NCBI GenBank assembly: GCA_964035575.1
Contig: OZ037840.1
Coordinates: 1,178,001-1,242,000, forward strand
Reading direction: 5' to 3'
DNA: 64,000 nucleotides
DNA from: Rhynchopus sp. YZ270_cl-10
Taxonomy: Eukaryota
Shown here: piece by piece, positions 57,949-64,000 of the stretch
Layout of the letters: the number at the start of each line of letters is the position of its first letter
Numbering within the stretch: position 1 is the stretch's first letter
Notes under the pieces: generated by a model
The model's input: only the letters and a program-made list of their open reading frames with translations
Databases searched by the model: none
Told to the model about the DNA's origin: nothing
Made by a program: the position numbers and the translations under genes

Positions 57949-58362
57949 TACACGTACACGTACACGTACACGTACACGTACACGTACACGTACACGTACA
58001 CGTACACGTACACGTACACGTACACGTACACGTACACGTACACGTACACGTACACGTACACGTACACGTACACGTACACGTACACGTACACGTACACGTG
58101 CACGTACACGTACACGTACACGTACACGTACACGTACACGTACACGTACACGTACACGTACACGTACACGTACACGTACACGTACACGTACACGTACACG
58201 TACACGTACACGTACACGTACACGTACACAGTACACAGTACACAGTACACAGTACACAGTACACAGTACACAGTACACAGTACACAGTACACAGTACACA
58301 GTACACAGTACACAGTACACAGTACACAGTACACAGTACACAGTACACAGTACACAGTACAC
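57949..58362. repeat. Compound microsatellite (TACACG)n followed by (CAGTACA)n
   Basis: 6-mer array to ~58228, then a 7-mer array. Confidence 0.98.
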
Positions 58363-59257
58363 AGCACTTTCACACTTTTAATGTAGAGGAGAGGCGGGGA
58401 AAGTTGGACCACGTCTATCTCCGTGATAGGCATAGTTCCACATCCACCGTTGCCGTGTCATCGCGTGCGGCAGTGGCGGCCGCATCGGCGGAGTTGATGT
58501 GCTGGTTGGTCGAATGGCCTCGGGCCCATTGCATCTTTGGGGTTGCTGGTTGGTTCAGTACAGCGACCGCGGGGTCTTGTGTGTCGGAAGAGGTTTGTCT
58601 CGCGAGCCAAACAACTCGTACGAACACAAATATGCGTTCACTTGTATTTATTTTTAGGGAAATATTCATATTGGAACCGAAACTTTGGGGAACCGGTCAT
58701 TTCGGAACCGAGAACTGGTCCCGGGAACCATACGGGGGGAACCGGTTCCCTGGTTCCCCTGGCGCTCACCAGCACCACGTAGGATTGGGACGAAAACCTG
58801 GGGGTAACACCCCCAGGTAGTTAGTCACTGCTATTGCCATTAACCAGGGAGCATAGCTAGTGCAAAAAATTCGACTTTGGAAACCTTCCGGAAAGTATGT
58901 CCTCTGCTTTCGGAGGACGAGGCACAAGAAAATATTGTTTGTTCCCCCAGAAAATCAGTGCACAATTCACACTCCTTGTGGGTGGTCTTGTTGCCTTTTT
59001 TGTCAACAGTAATTTTGGCCCAGGCATGCTCTTGAAGCATGACAATTTAGTGTGTATGGGCAGGGTGTTGTTTTGTTCTGAATTCTCTTTGGTATAACAT
59101 CTAAGTCAATCGCGGGTGGTGGTTTGTGTAGCGTGAGGCACTCTTTTTAATAAACTTCCTGCAGCTGATATGCACTGTTATTTCTTCGGATTTATCATCA
59201 TATAGCGTAACATAGTGGATTCGCCTGGTCGACACAACCTTTGATAGATATGGGATA

Positions 59258-59668
59258 TGTACGTGTACGTGTACGTGTACGTGTACGTGTACGTGTACGT
59301 GTACGTGTACGTGTACGTGTACGTGTACGTGTACGTGTACGTGTACGTGTACGTGTACGTGTACGTGTACGTGTACGTGTACGTGTACGTGTACGTGTAC
59401 GTGTACGTGTACGTGTACGTGTACGTGTACGTGTACGTGTACGTGTACGTGTACGTGTACGTGTACGTGTACGTGTACGTGTACGTGTACGTGTACGTGT
59501 ACGTGTACGTGTACGTGTACGTGTACGTGTACGTGTACGTGTACGTGTACGTGTACGTGTACGTGTACGTGTACGTGTACGTGTACGTGTACGTGTACGT
59601 GTACGTGTACGTGTACGTGTACGTGTACGTGTACGTGTACGTGTACGTGTACGTGTACGTGTACGTGT
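59258..59668. repeat. (TGTACG)n microsatellite
   Basis: Perfect 6-mer array, reverse complement of the unit at 57949. Confidence 0.98.
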
Positions 59669-62600
59669 CCTGTGTACTCCCGCGCCTGCCCCCACACTGG
59701 GACCCCAACCAAAAAATAGTACCCGCCCCCAAACGCCCCCAAACTCACCCCCGAATCAGGTGAATTAACCATTTTGTAAACACGAAAGTGTTGTGCTTGC
59801 GGTCAACGATAAAAGACACAGATTAGTAAGGACACAGCAGTTGGTATTATGCTGTTATGCTGTTATGCTGTTATGCTATTGTTCAGTTTTTGTCTCGTTT
59901 TACAACCTGACAACGGACGTGGCGAAAATAATAAAACCTACATCCTCGAAACTTTTCTACACAAATGATTTCATTGAACGCATCCCCTACTCCAATTCAA
60001 TTCAACACAACTGTAGCTTATTCCCTCTCGTTCCCGTACTTAACCTCGTACTATCAAGAGCACAAAGGCCGAAGGACATAGAGTAAGGAAAGCTTTTAAC
60101 TACAGGGAGGTGTGCGTCATTTAGCTGTTACTGTGTGCTGTAAGCTGTATTAAGTTGCCAGAAAAGAATAGGCATAACAGTGTAATATAGGTTGCCAACA
60201 GTGCACCACTCGGTCGCACTGAGCACTACAATAAATTAAAAGCAACATCAGTACGCCATCCGACCGCACAGTAGCCCACGTCCCCGAATGGCCACCCAGC
60301 CATCGTGTGCAGCGTGGGTGTCGACGGAGGAAAGGGCCACCTCATATGTTATTAAAGTCTTAAAGTGCGTCGAAAAAAATATTAAATTGCGCTGTAAAGC
60401 TGCGGTTATCTTATTGCCAGTAAAGAAAAGGCCTAAGGGTGTAATGTAGTGTACAACAGTGACCTGCACTGGAAACACTGAGCGATGTGTAATCAAAAAT
60501 CAAGCCCAGTGTAACAATAAATTATTTCGATCGCACTTTAAACGGTGGATACTACTTCTCATTCCTGAATGTCCACCCAGCTAATTCCACTGGCGTGTCG
60601 ACAGAAAAAATTTGAGAGGCTGTATTCACACCGGAGGTAAGCACCTTTTGTCGTTACTCTTGTGTCTGCCTTGGAGGACTATATAGGCATGGTCATGACA
60701 GTAAGACAAAGCTGCGGGGCGACGTATGGCACTAAACTCAACTCGTAACCTTTTCGTTTATCAGACTGCACCTGTTAGTCTTAAGCGCTGCAAACCGTGC
60801 TCGATAAAAGATAGACACAGTTGCAACGTAATGTGAAGTTGTTGTAGACAACAATGTGCCCGAGGGTCGCAGGTTGCTAGTATAAAGGATAAGAGGACGA
60901 CAGTACAGAATAGTCGCTAATATGTGTAAACTTAAGACCTCACAGGACGACTTCAAGCGGCGAAAGGTGCGCTAAAATAGGAAGAAGTATTGAAAGATGA
61001 TCCCAAGCCTCACGTTCCTAGTCACATCTAGAAGTAAAAATAAAAAATGGAGAAGAATTTCGCTTCAACCATTCTTTTCAACTTACCTTCCTTCACCCCC
61101 CTGTAAGGGTAACCGTAGGTGAAGTAAGGTATAGTATTGAAATCGATGTGGGGGGGGGAAAGGGTCAATTTTACAAAACCAGATTTTGAGGAAAATTTTA
61201 GCTTAAAATGGGCCCCACGTATAAGCAACCGGGCTCATATTTCTCAAAATGTAAGTGGTCAAAAAATTGTCCAATTTTCGAGATTGACCCCACCACTGCA
61301 CGGGCGGAGCCCAAAAATGCAAATAAGGACCCTTTTTAATTTGTTCTCTTGAAATGTATAATTTCATGTTTTCGCGAAAAAAATTACAACTGATCCCTAC
61401 AAGGGTTGAAGGAAGGTGGTTGAAAACAACAATAACAACAAGGACAAGTAATTGCTAAGGAAAAACGGGTGTGATGTGGAAAACTCCGCGCGATTTTCGA
61501 AACCACCGTAGCATCCTGGCGATTTGCTGGAGGTGCTGATGCGCCTGGTGTGATCGATGTGTTGTAGTCTGTGCATTCTGTGTTCCTTCCGCACTGCTCC
61601 AACGACGACGACAATGTGGGGAGCCTGTGGACAAAAACGAGCTGGAACACGCCGAGCCTGCCGAGCCGACGTCCAACAACGCTATCGAGCAGATGGTGCT
61701 GGACGAAGAGGACAGCCCCCCTTCTTGAACGTTTCAGATGCTGGCGTCCCAGTGGGTCTGGCAGCTTACGAAGAGCGTTAGCATACCTGCAGAAGAGCAG
61801 AATGCTGGGCGTGTTGTAGATTATTTCTACAGGATGGAGTTCCACATCACACCCCGTTTTTTTTCCGATAGCAATTGCTTGTTTTTTTTTTTTTTTCTAA
61901 TTATTTATTTGAAACGCAGAGTTTGTTTTGGCCCCGTCTGTGAGTGTGGGTTGAATTGGAGTCGGGGAGCACAGGTTGGGGAGAAAAGAGAGAGAGGAAA
62001 CAAATACACACGAATTCATCCTTCGATTCCAAAAAGGTCCGATCCTTACAGTTTGTATTATTTCCTAACAACCACTCCGTTACACTGCGTTGTTGTCTGC
62101 AAAAATAATAAAACCTCCTCGAAACTTTTCTACACAAATGATTTCATTGAACGCATCCTCCAGGACCCTAAGGACCCTGAGGGACGCTGCGCGAACAAAA
62201 CATACCCCCCACCCGACCGCCGACCTAAACGGCAAGTACACAAACAAAAGAGGAATACAGAACAAAAGAGGAATCCTGAACCTTGTAACGACCGCCAAAG
62301 GCCAAATACCGCCAGTGTGAACCTTTATAAGGACCTCCGAAACTACGGGCTCTTGTCCTCACATCTCGGGAGGAGTCCGCCTTTTTAACCACCGGGAGCC
62401 GAAGCCCATTTGGCGTCAACAGGATTCGTAAGTCGTAGTCTCTCCCGTCTCCGTAAATCAACCCTTGCTACGAAAGGCTTCCTATACGATGAACAGAGAG
62501 CGGGAGAGCTTCACTACGGAGTTGTGTGCTATGAGCCTGTACTGTATGCCGCGTGCTAGTAGGCTACTCCAACAAGAGTACCGGCACGGTGATGAGAGGC

Positions 62601-64000
62601 AAATAGTAACAGTACACCAAAGGTTGCTACTGTGAATAACTAGGCTATAACAGAGTCACTGAGAGCGACCAGCACGAATAGACACCACTGTGGGCCTCAG
62701 CAGTGAGACGTACAGCTTGAAACGGTGCGAAGTGCCAGAGAGCGAATTAATAGGCAACATTGGCCACAGTATGTAATGTGTTTTCTTTCCTCTCTTCAAG
62801 AAAAGCTCTTTACTTATTAAGTTTTGGTTGAGACACATCAATGGTGTCGGGTCTGTGAAGTCACTGAACTATCCAAATATTGAATTATATCGTTAATTAT
62901 TCGTACCCTGCGTTGACCTGACTGCAGGGGAGTTCGCGAACTATCACGACCAGGAATTTTTAAAAAAGATGAAGCAGAGAGTTAAGAGGGGAAGAATAGC
63001 AAAAAACGATGTAAGACAAAGGTTTTACCTGACCAGTGGATTCTCCTGCGTCAGTTTACTCTTTCACAGAACCAAGCAGTGAGACGTAACTAGCGAACGG
63101 TGCTCCCTCTTGACATGGACATGCCACCCCGGTATCACTGTAAAGGAACCGGCCGTAAATGAGAGATAAATGTGCATCCGCAGCTTTGCCATAATTGTGC
63201 ACTAAATAGGTAGCAACAGTGCGCGTTGGAGACGGGTCCACCCAATAGCACAGTTCCACTCATGGAAAATAAAACTGCACTTCTACGTACAGCTTTGCAT
63301 TTGTCTCTGAGCTAGCGGTGACCTGCATATTCCCAAACTCGTGTCACACTGCTTTACCCTATTTCGCTCTTATTGTCCAGAATCACTGTTCTTGCTGTAA
63401 CGACCATTCCCCCACTCAGAGAGGTCGGCCCGACGATCCAGTGCACGAGACCACAGGCCAGAGGCTCTGGGCCCGATAGGCTAGAGAAATCGTATACGTC
63501 GGTAAATATGTAGTATGGCTCGGAGGGGTCGCGACGCTTCTCCTGTGGTGGGGAGTGGTTAGAGTAATAAGGGAATAAAACGCATCAGAGAGTAGTGAAC
63601 TGTATGCACAATAGTCTGGAACAGCGCGCTCACCGGCCGCCAACGTGGGATACAAAAGACGCACCAGCTGTGCTCCAGCCCGGCAGCAAATAGAAAGAAG
63701 AGTGTATAAAATGACCCTAAACCTCTCGTGCTTAGCCACCTTATCGCGGAGCAACATTTTGCGCAGGCCTCCACAAGTATAAGTCCCACACTACTATAAG
63801 TCCGGGTGCGCCAATGGATCAGAGGAAGACAACAGCGCTCCAACCACAAATCGATGCTCCCTGTGTGTGATAGGGGACCACATGTGAAACAAGTACAATA
63901 CAATGATTGAAGGCACTTAAGTCACCCTTACGCATGTCACTAGCGTCCGACAATGAGGAGGCCTTTGAACTGTAAAAATATTAAATATGATGATATGAAC

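Noticed and set aside
57892..59772. (VH)n, (RT)n and (VY)n ORFs
   Set aside because: Hexamer satellite artefacts.
62300..62430. tRNA-like fragments on the minus strand (GGTGGTTAAAAAGGCG; CGAATCCTGTTGACGCCA)
   Set aside because: The pieces are in the wrong order and no cloverleaf can be formed. At most a decayed SINE.
59800..64000. Protein-coding genes in the last 4 kb
   Set aside because: Only short ORFs without coding-like composition or motifs. The region contains repeat fragments (61078-61880; 59925-59985 similar to 62101-62158).

Overview
Eukaryotic, repeat-dominated window. Short GT-AG introns, a CRE-type retrotransposon and receptor-cyclase-like genes suggest a protist, possibly a euglenozoan/diplonemid (inference only). 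Two host genes are recognisable: paralogous single-pass receptors (15204-18098, 50647-53556). Each has a signal peptide, a 5'-nucleotidase (CD73/UshA-fold) ectodomain that has lost its metal/catalytic residues but kept the nucleotide-binding residues, a Cys-rich linker, one TM helix and a degenerate class III nucleotide cyclase domain. Nearly everything else is mobile DNA: a CRE-clade non-LTR retrotransposon with a 1937-aa ORF carrying two OTU protease domains around RT and a restriction-like endonuclease; three hAT elements with intact-looking transposases (two with short introns); an internally deleted hAT; a CACTA-like element; foldback elements; and non-autonomous TIR elements nested and stacked in a ~20-kb cluster (29.4-49.8 kb). 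All long microsatellites (5-, 6-, 7- and 8-mers) share a GTAC core. Alignments were made by eye and no database searches were run.
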